A DNA stretch of 63,875 nucleotides, filler included, from Globobulimina sp. (GCA_003354225.1; 50 parts of 50 records of this genome joined end to end with filler, not necessarily neighbours in it), one strand, 5' to 3'. Counted from the whole stretch's first letter, positions 10,800 through 22,746 are shown. Notes: generated by a model from the sequence alone, not told the origin. Numbers and translations are program-made.

Positions 10800-11420
10800 T
10801 TAATTTTGTTTTCGATCATCATTATTAATTAAATCCTCTATGCCTCCCCACAATTTGCATGTAGTTTGATTAAAATGTAATTTCCATTTTTTTTTATCCA
10901 ATGTTTTTCCACAACTATCACAATATTCTGCTTTACACTGCGGATTACCACATGTCATATGGAAACAGCCATAGGTCCTTTCGATCCAAGTCTGGCAATT
11001 TGGACATTTTTTCCATCCATTTTTCTTTGCTAATTTTTCTAATTGTTGCTCACTTAATTTTTCCTCTTTGCATTTCCTATCCTTATATTGTTGACAAGTC
11101 TCTTTGTGATGATAGGCCCGTTTACATTTTGTACAATATGCATGCCCACATTTATTACAATTGAATCTTGCTAAATTATCCGGTATCTCTGCTAAAAAAA
11201 TACAATCCGCTGTAGGACATTTGAATATTTTCCCTGCATTTTGCTCGGCAATCCCTTGAACCCCTAAAGATAGCGCTAAATTATAATAATGATCCATTAA
11301 TTGTTGATCTGCTAACAATTCCAACTGCAACTCAGTCACATCTGTTATTGTTTTGTCCATTGCTAAACACATCGGACATCGCGGCAATACTCTGACATTT
11401 TGAATATCTGCTTTGAATGT
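10800..11420 (-). CDS. RBR-type E3 ubiquitin ligase, C-terminal part (IBR + RING2)
   Basis: CPTADC...CNKCGHAYCTKCKRAYHHKETC (IBR) and KKCPNCQTWIERTYGCFHMTC...CKAEYCDSC (RING2 with catalytic Cys). Confidence 0.92.
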   Translation of the reverse strand, partial: TFKADIQNVRVLPRCPMCLAMDKTITDVTELQLELLADQQLMDHYYNLALSLGVQGIAEQNAGKIFKCPTADCIFLAEIPDNLARFNCNKCGHAYCTKCKRAYHHKETCQQYKDRKCKEEKLSEQQLEKLAKKNGWKKCPNCQTWIERTYGCFHMTCGNPQCKAEYCDSCGKTLDKKKWKLHFNQTTCKLWGGIEDLINNDDRKQN

Positions 11421-11571
11421 NNNNNNNNNNNNNNNNNNNNNNNNNNNNNNNNNNNNNNNNNNNNTTAATTAATTAANNNNNNNNNNNNNNNNNNNNNNNN
11501 NNNNNNNNNNNNNNNNNNNNAATGAGTTTGTAATTTCTGCGATTTGCCATCGCAGAATGAGTGATTGTGTC

Positions 11572-12700
11572 CTATTGATTGTGTCCTATGTAATAATGAG
11601 TAATAATGAGATCGAGATTGTGTCCATGTCCTCTTTCATTCCAAGAAGCGACTAAGTCCGAATTATAGATCCATTTATAAAGAAAAAGCCCAGTGTCACC
11701 AGCTGTATATTCACACATTTCATCATTATTATTGAACCAGTTACCAGTTAAGAGCTCAAATTGATTGGATTTATACTTTTTTTGTGTAATAAGCGACAAT
11801 AAATACCGGATTCTCGAAATATTGGCATCGGATTTAGTCAAACTCGGCGGAAGGTGACGAACATAGAAGGTTTCATATTGGATTCCCATGACTCGGAAAC
11901 AGAATTTATAGCCGAGAGCCTTATAAGCAGTCCAACACTCTTTCGGCGATGGTATAATATGTATAACTTTACGGGACACTGCAGGCCGCCAAGGATTATG
12001 AAACGGACATATTTCATGATAGCTGTCATCATTACGATTTTGTATATTATTTCGGGAGTCATCCATCTGGCGGAGAGTTAACGCAATCTCTCTGTTTACA
12101 CAATATATAGCGATAAAAAGATCAATCAAAACCTCCTCAAACATCACATCGCCACTAATCCAGGATTTAAATATCAAATATTTATCAGAAATATCATTGG
12201 GATCACTATGAATATTGACATCGCGATATCCAAAACTAAGGAGCGGGCGTACAGTCTGCCAGCCACCCTTAGAATATATATCATCAATAATCATCATATA
12301 ATCAATAATACGAGGATTGCATGCATCACTTATGGGCACAGTAACACTTTCAAGTCGCTCTTTTGGCATTACTTTGGATCCTCCGAAACGTTTCCCCGCA
12401 GTACGTTTCCCCGCAGACTTGTTACTTGTATGTGCAGTCAAAGTGAGATCCTCCATTTTGAGGTCACACTCAGATTCAGAGGAACTACAATAAGAGTCAT
12501 CCGCAATGGAGGTATGGATTTTGTTGCGATTAGCATGGTTTTTAAGCAACTTTGCAGATTTAATCAATTGGATATATTCATCATTCAAAACAACATCTTC
12601 AAGCATAATCTTTTGATATCGCCGACGATTTAAGGACCGTTTTCGTCCTTTGACAAACGCAAAACCTTTGCAAACATGAGTAATATCTATCAAATCATCA
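11572..12700 (-). CDS. Partial hypothetical protein (over 370 aa)
   Basis: Long open frame to the contig edge; no family recognised. Confidence 0.6.
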
Positions 12701-12835
12701 NNNNNNNNNNNNNNNNNNNNNNNNNNNNNNNNNNNNNNNNNNNNTTAATTAATTAANNNNNNNNNNNNNNNNNNNNNNNNNNNNNNNNNNNNNNNNNNNN
12801 CAGAATCCTTTTTATACTGCGTTTTAAGCAAGTCC

Positions 12836-13686
12836 TCAGCAAACTGCGGCAGAGGTACAATGGGATGTATATACAACTTTTTGACAAACAACAATAAAAT
12901 ATAATAATTGTACGGTCAATGCAACTGCAGCAAATTCAATGGACAAATCACAAAGTAAATGTAAATCCATATTCATACTTGCTGTCTTTTGTAAATAACT
13001 GGCATAAATATAACTATTTGATGTAATTTGTATAAATCCAAACGAATACATTACTTTTGCTCCAACCCCATATAATCTCTCATGAAGTTCTAAAAATACT
13101 GTTAAAATAACACTAAATACATCTTCTCCTAAAAATACAAACCATGATGAAACAATTAAAAGCACTGTGTTTGAATAATCATACTCCACACCAGCGATGA
13201 TGGCAGCTCCTTGTGATATGTTGAAAAGAGAACTGCCAACTACAACAAATAAAATACTTGCTTTCATTTTTAATTGTTTACCATTTTTTGATGACATAAT
13301 GTCGAGTAAATTGAAAAATAACTTGGCATCCAGCAAATAATATAATTAAAATGCCTAAAAATACACTATTTGTAAATTTAGAGTAAAATATTGGAGGAAT
13401 GATAGATGACAATATATGCAATGCACCAAATATTTTTTGTTTCTTTGCAATATCTTTATAAATATCTATATCTTCTCCATCTGTTGGTTTTACATCCTTT
13501 TGTTTACCATTTGATGCCCCATCAACAATACTACACAACGTTTTAAATTTGACTTTTGTCAAACCTTTGAAACCAAGATCTTTGCACAAATCATCCTTAT
13601 CATCCTCACTTATATCGTTTCTGATTGTTTCTATTGAAATTCCGTGTTCTATCAAGACGAGCTATTCTTGGAATACTTCATGTAAA
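12836..13686 (-). pseudogene. Disrupted SAM-like + multi-pass membrane protein gene
   Basis: The SAM-like LIEHGISIETIR...DDLCKDLGFKGLTKVKF and TM helices are split between two overlapping frames at an A6 run near 13285. There is an in-frame TAG near 13662, and the 5' end abuts a TATAAATG-rich repeat. Confidence 0.55.
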
Positions 13687-13687
13687 T

Positions 13688-13980
13688 ACTATATAAATGG
13701 CTATTTTTTCATATATAAATGGCTTTTTCATATATAAATGACATATAAATGATGGTGTTTCTTATAAATGGACCCCCTAAATGACGAAATCGCTATATTT
13801 ATAAGAAATAAAATCTTATAAATACTATATAAACTATCAAAAATTTTGTAAAATTTCTATTTTTTGAAAAATATTTTGAAAAAAACTATATAAATGGCTT
13901 TTTTTGGGTATATAAATAACTTTTGAAAAAAGAATTAAAATTTTTTTATATCAATGGCTATATAAATGACTTTTGAAAAA
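13688..13980. repeat. AT-rich repeat with multiple (A)TATAAATG(GC) units
   Basis: The motif tataaatg recurs many times, with ttttgaaaaa blocks. Confidence 0.75.
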
Positions 13981-14080
13981 NNNNNNNNNNNNNNNNNNNN
14001 NNNNNNNNNNNNNNNNNNNNNNNNTTAATTAATTAANNNNNNNNNNNNNNNNNNNNNNNNNNNNNNNNNNNNNNNNNNNN

Positions 14081-15011
14081 GTTTACCATTTATACTCGAA
14101 CCATATTTTATAAATAATTCTTTCTGTTTTAACCAATCTATAACTTCATCGTTATTCCATTCAAATGGATCCTTTGCAATGTGCGATTTTGATGATTGTG
14201 TATCCATATCACTCATCTCTCTATTCTCACTATGTATATTTCTATGTTCCTCAGCTTTAAATTCGAAGTTTTCCATACTAACCGTTTTTTGCCTTTCTCT
14301 CTTTCTTTGTTTACTTTGTTGTTGGTGGCCGTGCCAGAAACAAAGCATAGTACAACAGAAACAGATTAGGATGGCAATTACACCGGATATTATCAGCAAT
14401 ATTAGATTATCTTTAATAAAGGCAGTTGGATGAGGCATATCAGCTGCAGTCAGAGTTGTTGTTTGCGGATAGATAGTTGATATTAATTGTGTTTTTATTT
14501 CTGTTTTTGATGCTTGTATATAATTCATAATAACTACACCTTGCAACATATTTAATGAATTAATAGCAACCGCTTGTGATGATAATGAATCGGTATTCAA
14601 TGTTATTAATAATTCATTATAAATATTCTCTTCATATAGTTTGATAAAATTAGTCAAATCGTGTGAGAATATGTCTTGGTATGCTCTAATTGCATAAATA
14701 TATTCTGTTTCTGATTTAAAATAAATATTTAACATCGCATGATATCTAAAACTACTGTCATCATTACAGTTATATGTAAAATTTGAGATCGGTATGATGT
14801 CCACAATAGTAAGAATAAGATATGATGGATCTCGGTTTGTATGTTCAAAGGATGTTTGAATGATATCTTGTATATTCGTGTTTGCTTTCTGCAGTAATCG
14901 AGAAACGGTCTTAATCGATACATCCACATTGATTACAATACTGTTGTCTGTGTATAATGAGAATACGGACTCAAATAACAATGCAAAAGTCCAAAATAGA
15001 AGTGTTGCCAT
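14081..15011 (-). CDS. Type I membrane protein: signal peptide, ectodomain, TM, cytoplasmic SAM-like domain (3' truncated)
   Basis: SP MATLLFWTFALLFESVFS; TM LILLIISGVIAILICFCCTMLCFW; SAM start DPFEWNNDEVIDWL...INGK. Confidence 0.8.
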
Positions 15012-15078
15012 TTTTGTTGTTGATTTTTTTTTTGAGCTTGTAAAAAAAAAGAAAATAAAAAAAACGCATTGATGAGCA

Positions 15079-15260
15079 ATGTCAACTCAACGTTTGTACA
15101 CAATCACATTGATAATAGCATATTTTTTGAAATCTGGATTCTCACTGTATTTAAATGAAACAGTGGTTGTAAATTTAGATATAACCATAATAACCCAATC
15201 ACAATTAAATATTTCAGAAAATGACATCCAAACTGTGATTGCAACATCATTTATCTCAGC
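15079..15260 (+). CDS. N-terminus of a paralog of the 14081-15011 gene, divergently oriented
   Basis: LKSGFSLYLNETVVVNLDITI...DIQTVIATSF aligns with FESVFSLYTDNSIVINVDVSI...NIQDIIQTSF. Confidence 0.7.
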
Positions 15261-15360
15261 NNNNNNNNNNNNNNNNNNNNNNNNNNNNNNNNNNNNNNNN
15301 NNNNTTAATTAATTAANNNNNNNNNNNNNNNNNNNNNNNNNNNNNNNNNNNNNNNNNNNN

Positions 15361-16295
15361 TGCAAATTTATATCACTTAATTCATTGCGTAAATTGCGGA
15401 TATATTCAGCGTCAATTTCATCGTCAAACTCTTCCATTTCGTCATAAATAAGTCGCCTTTTATATAAATGGTCGATGTTATAATAATAACTGTCATATCC
15501 ATACATATCATAATAACCATAATCAATATCATCCTCATCAGCGGCGGCAAACGATATATGTGCACCTTTCGCATTATTATCAACACATAATTTATGTTCA
15601 AAGCCAGGTATCGCAATACTACATTTATAATTATTATCATCTGATATCTCATTCCAATCACTATCATCGTCAAAATCTAATGCATATTCATTAAATAAAT
15701 AGGTATAATCGCCATATTTATCATACATTGCATCTTCAGCGTCCTCCCATAGTGCTCTTCGTTTATTATTCATGCAATTCAAACATTGGAATGATTTCCA
15801 TTTCATAACAGCTGCGGACCACTCATCATAACCCATAGAGTCACCATATTCAACTGTGTCATGTTGATATTATACATACATTCTCCATGATACATATATT
15901 TACATACATTCTCCATGATAGTCATAGGCCGAATTAATTCCATCATCCTCATATTCCTCGTATTCATCATAATATTCTTCATTTTCATACTCATATTCAT
16001 CGTAATCACTGTCAAATATAGATATATTTACATAAAATTTTCAGTTTCGAACGGAAAAGGTCGTTATAAGCAGTTTGAAACTGAAAAAGGTATTTATATC
16101 ATACTGATATTCATCATTTATGTCTTGTTGCGCTGCATATATATTGTTAGGAACATCTTTATTATGTCTCTGTTTTCGGGCTCTTGCAATTTGAACATTG
16201 ACTGTTAATCGTTTTGATGGCAAATGAAAAGTGACACATTGAACGAGGAAATGGTTATCAGATGGGAATTGGAGGGATAATTGATCTATTACCAT
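15361..16295 (-). CDS. Asp/Glu/Tyr-rich protein with KRR(A)L motifs (exons 16295-16105, 16008-15908, 15853-15361)
   Basis: Introns 16104-16009 and 15907-15854 (GTATG..CAG) join the frames. Acidic Y-rich blocks such as DYDEYEYENEEYYDEYEEYEDD. The first exon is less certain. Confidence 0.6.
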
Positions 16296-16640
16296 TTACC
16301 AACTTTACGCCGGGGCTAAACCAGTTAGGTGTCCCCCTAATTACATTGGTTAAATGCGGCCATGGATTTTAATTGACACGCATGCCATTGTGCTGCTGTA
16401 GTTACTGAACATTTAGGGAGTTAATAATAATCATTTCAATTATGCAACCAGAAACTGCAAGAACATGTCACACCAATCAACATAACAGCAAACAGATGCT
16501 GTGTCCTATGATCATAGTTGATGAGCACATACCAATTATANNNNNNNNNNNNNNNNNNNNNNNNNNNNNNNNNNNNNNNNNNNNTTAATTAATTAANNNN
16601 NNNNNNNNNNNNNNNNNNNNNNNNNNNNNNNNNNNNNNNN

Positions 16641-17820
16641 CGTAAAAAAATTGGTAAATATTAGACCCACGAAGACTTTGCCGGTACGGCCGAAGGAGCA
16701 GCGATCTTTTTATCATATTGATACATTGGAGTTGAATTTTTGTATGGCATCGAAATTTGATTTGAATGCACATCCAAACTTTCGTCTAAGTGCCAATGTA
16801 ATACCGCAAAAATGGACAAATGTCGCATGGCACCCTGAGATAATTAAGATTTTTAGATCGGAGATTGAAGCCAATGGCACTGTGATTTATAATATTGATA
16901 TCTGGAAAACGACCGTTGTCATTGTTGATATTGGTCGGGTAAAGTCCTGTGATCAATGGTGTGGAACCAATGTCGTTTTATATGATAGGCATCTCCCAAC
17001 GCATTTAGATGAACTACAAACGTATATATCTGGCGATCATCGATATATCGAGTTCTTTTGGAATAAGAATACAAATTATTTGGCAGAGATTGCTGGATTG
17101 ATAGTACCCACTCATCGTAATAAAATGTGCAAAATTAGCTTGGATGACCAATTAAGTAATCCAAATTTGTTGAAATCGCTTCCGCGGCAACGTCAACGTC
17201 GTAATAATCGTCGAGCTGTGCCAAGTAAACAATTTGTTTCATCCAAATTGCAATATATACAAAGAAACTTGTTTCATGACTCTCGACATTCGATTGATAA
17301 CAGCAGCAATGCGCCCATTCGACCACAATTAACCTCAACGCAGACAAATATCCCTCGCTCTCGCAATTTTAATGTTGGACAATCTTGCAATTTTAATGTT
17401 GGACAATCCATTGTTGCTCCACCTAAAACATATGTAGCTGCTTTAAAAGCGAACTCTGCGCCTTCGAAGTATCAGCATTTGAATATTCATGATACAAATA
17501 TTAATCCTGTGGATGTCCGTGTTACTCCGACAAAAGTCCCTATTAATCCGGTAAATGCGCGTAGTGATCCGGTTAATGTTTCGCTTAAAATTAATAGCGA
17601 TCGATTTGCCAGAATGTCGGCAACAGAACGAGGTATTTCTGGCGTTGCTAACCCGGTATATATACGCAATAAAGCTCCTCTTCAGGAGAACATATTATAT
17701 ATTCAACAGATGCCAGGTTCTGCCCTGCCGCACTTTGTTGTGACTGATTTTGTGGAGACGCCAAAGAACCCCGTCACGAATGATTATGTTCGCTTTGATC
17801 CCCTATATGCACATAAAGGG
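16641..17820 (+). CDS. Partial hypothetical protein spanning the whole contig
   Basis: Uninterrupted frame of about 390 aa with an internal 24-bp duplication (NFNVGQS x2). No family recognised. Confidence 0.6.
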
Positions 17821-17921
17821 NNNNNNNNNNNNNNNNNNNNNNNNNNNNNNNNNNNNNNNNNNNNTTAATTAATTAANNNNNNNNNNNNNNNNNNNNNNNN
17901 NNNNNNNNNNNNNNNNNNNNT

Positions 17922-19100
17922 TTAGTATATATCACGTTTGCATCTGGTACGGTTACGAATGCGCAGCAAGAACAAGAATATATATTTGCGAACAGCAAGC
18001 ACAAAATATATAAACGGGAGCTATATTTAATAATAATTGCTGCGTACAGAATTATATCAAACTGGATATATTTAACATTAGTCACTGTGTTTGCAACCAC
18101 ACGCTTTCATGCAGCAAAAGTCCCTCATTTTGCGGATCGAAACGCAGATACAATGCAAGATAGATTTGTGTTATTCATGTTAATATACTCTTGGTTGGGT
18201 TCATTTTTTTGGCCGCTCTCAATGATCGTGTCTGCTCTCGCAAATGATGGTGCTTTACGATCGAATGCCAGAGATATTTTAAAATTAATTGAAAATGGTT
18301 ATGTTTTGGAAATTTTACAACTAATTTCGTTTGGTTTAGAGTGTCCTTACGATGCACTATGCGATATATTTAATGAAGAGCAGAGAATAGTGATTGTTAA
18401 ACGATTGGTCAGTAATAGCGACCCCAAAACATGGAGTTTCGTTTTAAAATTATTACAGAATTTAGGGTTAAATCGGTCAATGGTGAATAAAAAGCTTAGT
18501 CTTCGGGAAAGCGGTAATGATTTAGAGTTATTTTTAAATCATGTTACTCAGTCATCCAATATCTATGGTGGAACTATTTTACATGTTGCTGTTACGTATA
18601 GTTCGTATGACATTGTTAAGTATCTAATCACAGAAAAACATGCAGATACTACAATATTATGCAGTAACGAGCATAGTATGTATTACTATGCAAAATATAA
18701 ACGTGATGCGTCAACACCAAATACACGGAAAATTATTAGATTATTAAATAAATATATTGGTAACACACAAAATAAACCAGACGATTATAACTGGAGAGAG
18801 GATCAAGATAAATTAAAAAAAGCGAGGGATATTAAAAAAAAAGAATGTCAAAATGAGATAAAAAAATTAAACCAACAAATTAAAGAAACAAAAGAATTGA
18901 AAAAAGTAAATGACCAACAATATGCGACGTTTGCTAATATTAAAAAAACGATAAACGAACGAACCAAAGTATTTGCTGCAAGAAACGATCAAAAAGAACA
19001 AGAATTAACATGTTTTTGTGGTGAGTTAATATTAGAGGAGTTTCTTGGAGATGCAGTTTTTAGTGACAATTGTAACGAATGTGGTGCACAGATGGACAAA
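17922..19100 (+). CDS. Partial membrane protein with an ankyrin repeat and coiled coil
   Basis: Frame open from the contig start; TM-like segments; YGGTILHVAVTYSSYDIVKYLITEKHADT is an ankyrin consensus. Confidence 0.75.
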
Positions 19101-19299
19101 NNNNNNNNNNNNNNNNNNNNNNNNNNNNNNNNNNNNNNNNNNNNTTAATTAATTAANNNNNNNNNNNNNNNNNNNNNNNNNNNNNNNNNNNNNNNNNNNN
19201 CAAAAATAGCATTAGTGTTATAAAAAACTGTAGCCTAACTAATTGACATCAGCTGACGTGTTATAATTTGGTGTAAAGCCGTAAAGATACATCGATATC

Positions 19300-20361
19300 A
19301 TGAAAGTCCAAGTGTTATTATGGTTATTTTGTATTATCTTTATAGCGCACGGTATGGATTGTTGTGGCGGCAGAAAAAAACACAGACAAAGGCAACCAAC
19401 GTATATAAGCGATGCAGCGGTCTATAGAACTATTCTTGAAAATGCTCGTTCAAAGCCAGTGTACTTTACACCTCCGCCCATTCCATACGAACAACAACTA
19501 GCAAATCGATTTTGTCCTCAAACAACAATACAATGTGATTTGAGGAATATGAATATGAACACATTACAAAACGTAGTATTTGCCTCATCCATTCAAGAAT
19601 TATTTATTGGGAGCAACAATATTCGAACACTAACAAATGCTAAATTTCCCATAGGATTAGTTGTCTTATCATTAGACCGAAATAAAATTGTTGTATCGGA
19701 GAATGAATATATTGATTTGTCGTATTTACGGTCGTTAAGTGTATTAAACTTAGGACATAATCGTATCAAATCATTATCAAATTGTAAATTACCGAGATCT
19801 TTGCAGTCACTCTCATTGAGAGAGAACAGATTTAAAGCAATAGATTTCGGTCAAAATGTGCAGCGTTTGAACAGTTTAAATATATTAGATTTAGGTTTGA
19901 ATAAAATTAAAATATTAACAGGAAATATTGCCGAAAAAGTACCAAACAACTTAAAGATATTAAAGTTGGATATGAATGAAATAGAATCTGTGGAGCATGC
20001 TTTGTTGCCACTTGGATTGCAACGATTAGATTTATCAAATAATCCATTGACTACTTTTGATGTTGTAAATATAAAACAAGTACTTGCGGCTCAAATGGAT
20101 ATTGAATTTAGTGGAACGCAATTGGTCACAGGGCAGCTCGATAGGAAATTGTTATTACTTCCGACCATGGCTTGGGATGCAAACAAAACAAGTGTTAGCA
20201 AACAATGTGAAGTGTGCTGTGGACCAATTAAAAGTGGGGAAATAGTTCGAACTTTGGCATGTATGCATCAATATCATTGTAAGTGTGTTGATCAATGGTT
20301 AGGAAAACATGCAACATGTCCGAATTGTAGACATAGTATTGATAATATTGATTTTGAGTGA
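19300..20361 (+). CDS. Signal peptide + leucine-rich repeats + C-terminal RING-H2 (putative E3 ligase)
   Basis: SP MKVQVLLWLFCIIFIAHG; several LxxLxLxxNxI repeats; CEVC...CMHQYHCKCVDQWL...CPNCR is a RING-H2. No TM segment. Confidence 0.9.
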   Translation: MKVQVLLWLFCIIFIAHGMDCCGGRKKHRQRQPTYISDAAVYRTILENARSKPVYFTPPPIPYEQQLANRFCPQTTIQCDLRNMNMNTLQNVVFASSIQELFIGSNNIRTLTNAKFPIGLVVLSLDRNKIVVSENEYIDLSYLRSLSVLNLGHNRIKSLSNCKLPRSLQSLSLRENRFKAIDFGQNVQRLNSLNILDLGLNKIKILTGNIAEKVPNNLKILKLDMNEIESVEHALLPLGLQRLDLSNNPLTTFDVVNIKQVLAAQMDIEFSGTQLVTGQLDRKLLLLPTMAWDANKTSVSKQCEVCCGPIKSGEIVRTLACMHQYHCKCVDQWLGKHATCPNCRHSIDNIDFE

Positions 20362-20480
20362 GTATTTCCGACAATCATTGNNNNNNNNNNNNNNNNNNNN
20401 NNNNNNNNNNNNNNNNNNNNNNNNTTAATTAATTAANNNNNNNNNNNNNNNNNNNNNNNNNNNNNNNNNNNNNNNNNNNN

Positions 20481-20579
20481 AATGGGTTGACTGTTTTTTA
20501 AAATTTGTAATAAAGCGTCTTTTGCTTGAATCCAATCACAGCTTTTAAAGTGCTGTTTCGCTTTGGCAAAAATATCCAT
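20481..20579 (-). CDS. N-terminal fragment of a TPR-like protein
   Basis: MDIFAKAKQHFKSCDWIQAKDALLQILKNSQP runs to the contig edge; short. Confidence 0.35.
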
Positions 20580-20873
20580 CTCTTTTTCTTTTCTCTTTGC
20601 AAGAATCACTCAGGACACAGTTTTTACGGCACAGAAAATTTAAAACTGGGACACTAAATCCTCTACTTTCAAAAACTTCTTCTGGCTGTTTCTGAAATCA
20701 CAATTGGAGGTCAATCGGCGTCAAACTTGTCGTTAAGTGTTGTTTGTTTCATCTTGTCGTAAATACTACAATTTGATGTTTGTATTGCCCCTTTGCCACG
20801 ACGTGCCGCACAATATCCCTTTGCATCAATTTGGAAATACATATCTGACCGTTTATAGTATTTACAAAATAAC

Positions 20874-21660
20874 ATGTCTGCAGTCGATTTAACATTAGAA
20901 ACAGTGAAAGAGGAACATGAGGAACCAACAGAAACGTCAGCATTATTAAACAATATGCGTATAAGTAAATTACCGCAAGAACTGAGCAGTATTAATAAAG
21001 GCGAAGCCGCCAAAAATGCATCCGACGCTGAACAGAAAATTAATTTAGCAGACGAGATTCGTGGTGCATTAATTTTTCACGTCCCATCAATTTGTTGCTT
21101 CAAAGACTATACGGTACGCATATATTTACATTACTGGGTGTGGCAAATACCAGTCTTAGTTATAAATATCGTGTTATTTTGTATCTGGAATACAACGCAT
21201 AATAACCCGCACGCCACCATCGCGTTGACAGAAGTGGGCTTTTTAGCGGTCGGCCCGGTATTTTTATGCTCCTTGGTGCGGGATAAGATATTTTTGTGGT
21301 GGATCTATTGGTGTGTCAAGAAAACCTTTTTTTGTACGCAGTATGGTAGGTATCACGTTTCCCGCTTAGCGGATTGTATCGGTGGCTTACATTCGTCGTT
21401 GGGCGTCACTGCATTTATATGGAATATAATCTATGCGATTGGCGCCTTTATTCGCGAGGATTATACGTTCGATGTGCGGACCATTACGGCGTTTTGTTTG
21501 CCGTTATTGTTATTTGTGATATGTTTATGCGCGTTGCCGTGCATTCGGCATCATTTCCATAATTGGTATGAAGTCATCCATCGCTATTTGGGCTGGTTGG
21601 CATTATGTTTGTTAATTATCCATGTAACATTAGTCAATGTCCACCACGTTAGCACAGCTG
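20874..21660 (+). CDS. Partial ferric-reductase-like transmembrane (heme-binding) protein
   Basis: Multiple TM helices with IGGLHSSLG and HHFHNWYEVIHRYLGW...IIHV, the His pattern of the ferric reductase TM domain. Confidence 0.7.
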
Positions 21661-22024
21661 NNNNNNNNNNNNNNNNNNNNNNNNNNNNNNNNNNNNNNNN
21701 NNNNTTAATTAATTAANNNNNNNNNNNNNNNNNNNNNNNNNNNNNNNNNNNNNNNNNNNNCACATCACCACCAATGTCAGCCATCAACAGACATCGAAAT
21801 GGCTGTTCAACAGCTGAAACGCTGAGCTGAGACCAATGAGAAATTCAATCAAATTTTTTTCCCCTAAAACAAAAGTAATATATGCATAATATACATTGTA
21901 GGGGGTTCGGGAGCATACATGGGGCCCAACCCCCCAGCGCCAATTTTGGCGACATTTTTTGGGCGATTTTTGACATTTTTTTCGAAAACGTCAATTTTAT
22001 GTACAATATACAGTATTTTTTCAG

Positions 22025-22746
22025 TTGTATGGATGTTTATTCCATTACTGCAATGCAGTTATGCGAAAAATTACAAGTTTGGGTCTAAAAACACTATATA
22101 ATAATGAACAAGAGACAAATTTCACGAGTTGGGTTGGACAGATTATGGCACTTAAACTACTTCCATACCAATTTGCAGTAAAGGTTTGGAATCAAAGATT
22201 AAAGTATGGACCGGATATGACACAACAGTCAGATGCTGTTAGTGAGCTCATACTTTATGTACAGGTAAATTTGCAGGGACAGAAACTATAGACAATGGTA
22301 TTACAACACTACACTTACAGAAAACGTGGATGGTACCTGAAGGGGAAAAAACAGATTTTGCAGAATGCGAAACATGGGGCCATTACAGTAATGATGGTCC
22401 AAGAACAACAAATTCAGCGGAGACATATCATAGCCGCATACAGAGAATTGGTGCGCCCAAGCACCCCAGCTTCCCAGTTTGGCAAAAATGGATGCTTGAA
22501 GTACATTCGTCTGATTCGCATACATTTTTGCGCTGGGCTAATGGATTTGATGCTATCAAGCCTTCATCTATTTATGCTGAAATCAATAAAAGGGTGCAAA
22601 CGGCAAAACACCGTCTAATATTTCGTCTGCAACAGGTTGAGTTTTTCGGTTACAAAAGAAAACATCAAAGCTCAATGGAACAGAGTATTGGGCATGTAAT
22701 CATTGTCGCAGCATCAAAGAAAAGGAAAAGAGTAAAATTGGGGTAA
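22025..22746 (+). mobile_element. MULE (Mutator-like) transposase, C-terminal exons (22025-22264, 22321-22746)
   Basis: GCLFHYCNAVMRKITSLGL...Y, MALKLLP and GPRTTNSAETYHSRI are MULE DDE motifs. A 56-nt phase-0 intron (22265-22320) restores the frame; a TTTCAG acceptor precedes 22025. Confidence 0.85.

Noticed and set aside
12640..12700. Ribosomal protein L3-like motif (DLIDITHVCKG)
   Set aside because: The similarity is limited to a few residues; the rest of the ORF is unrelated.
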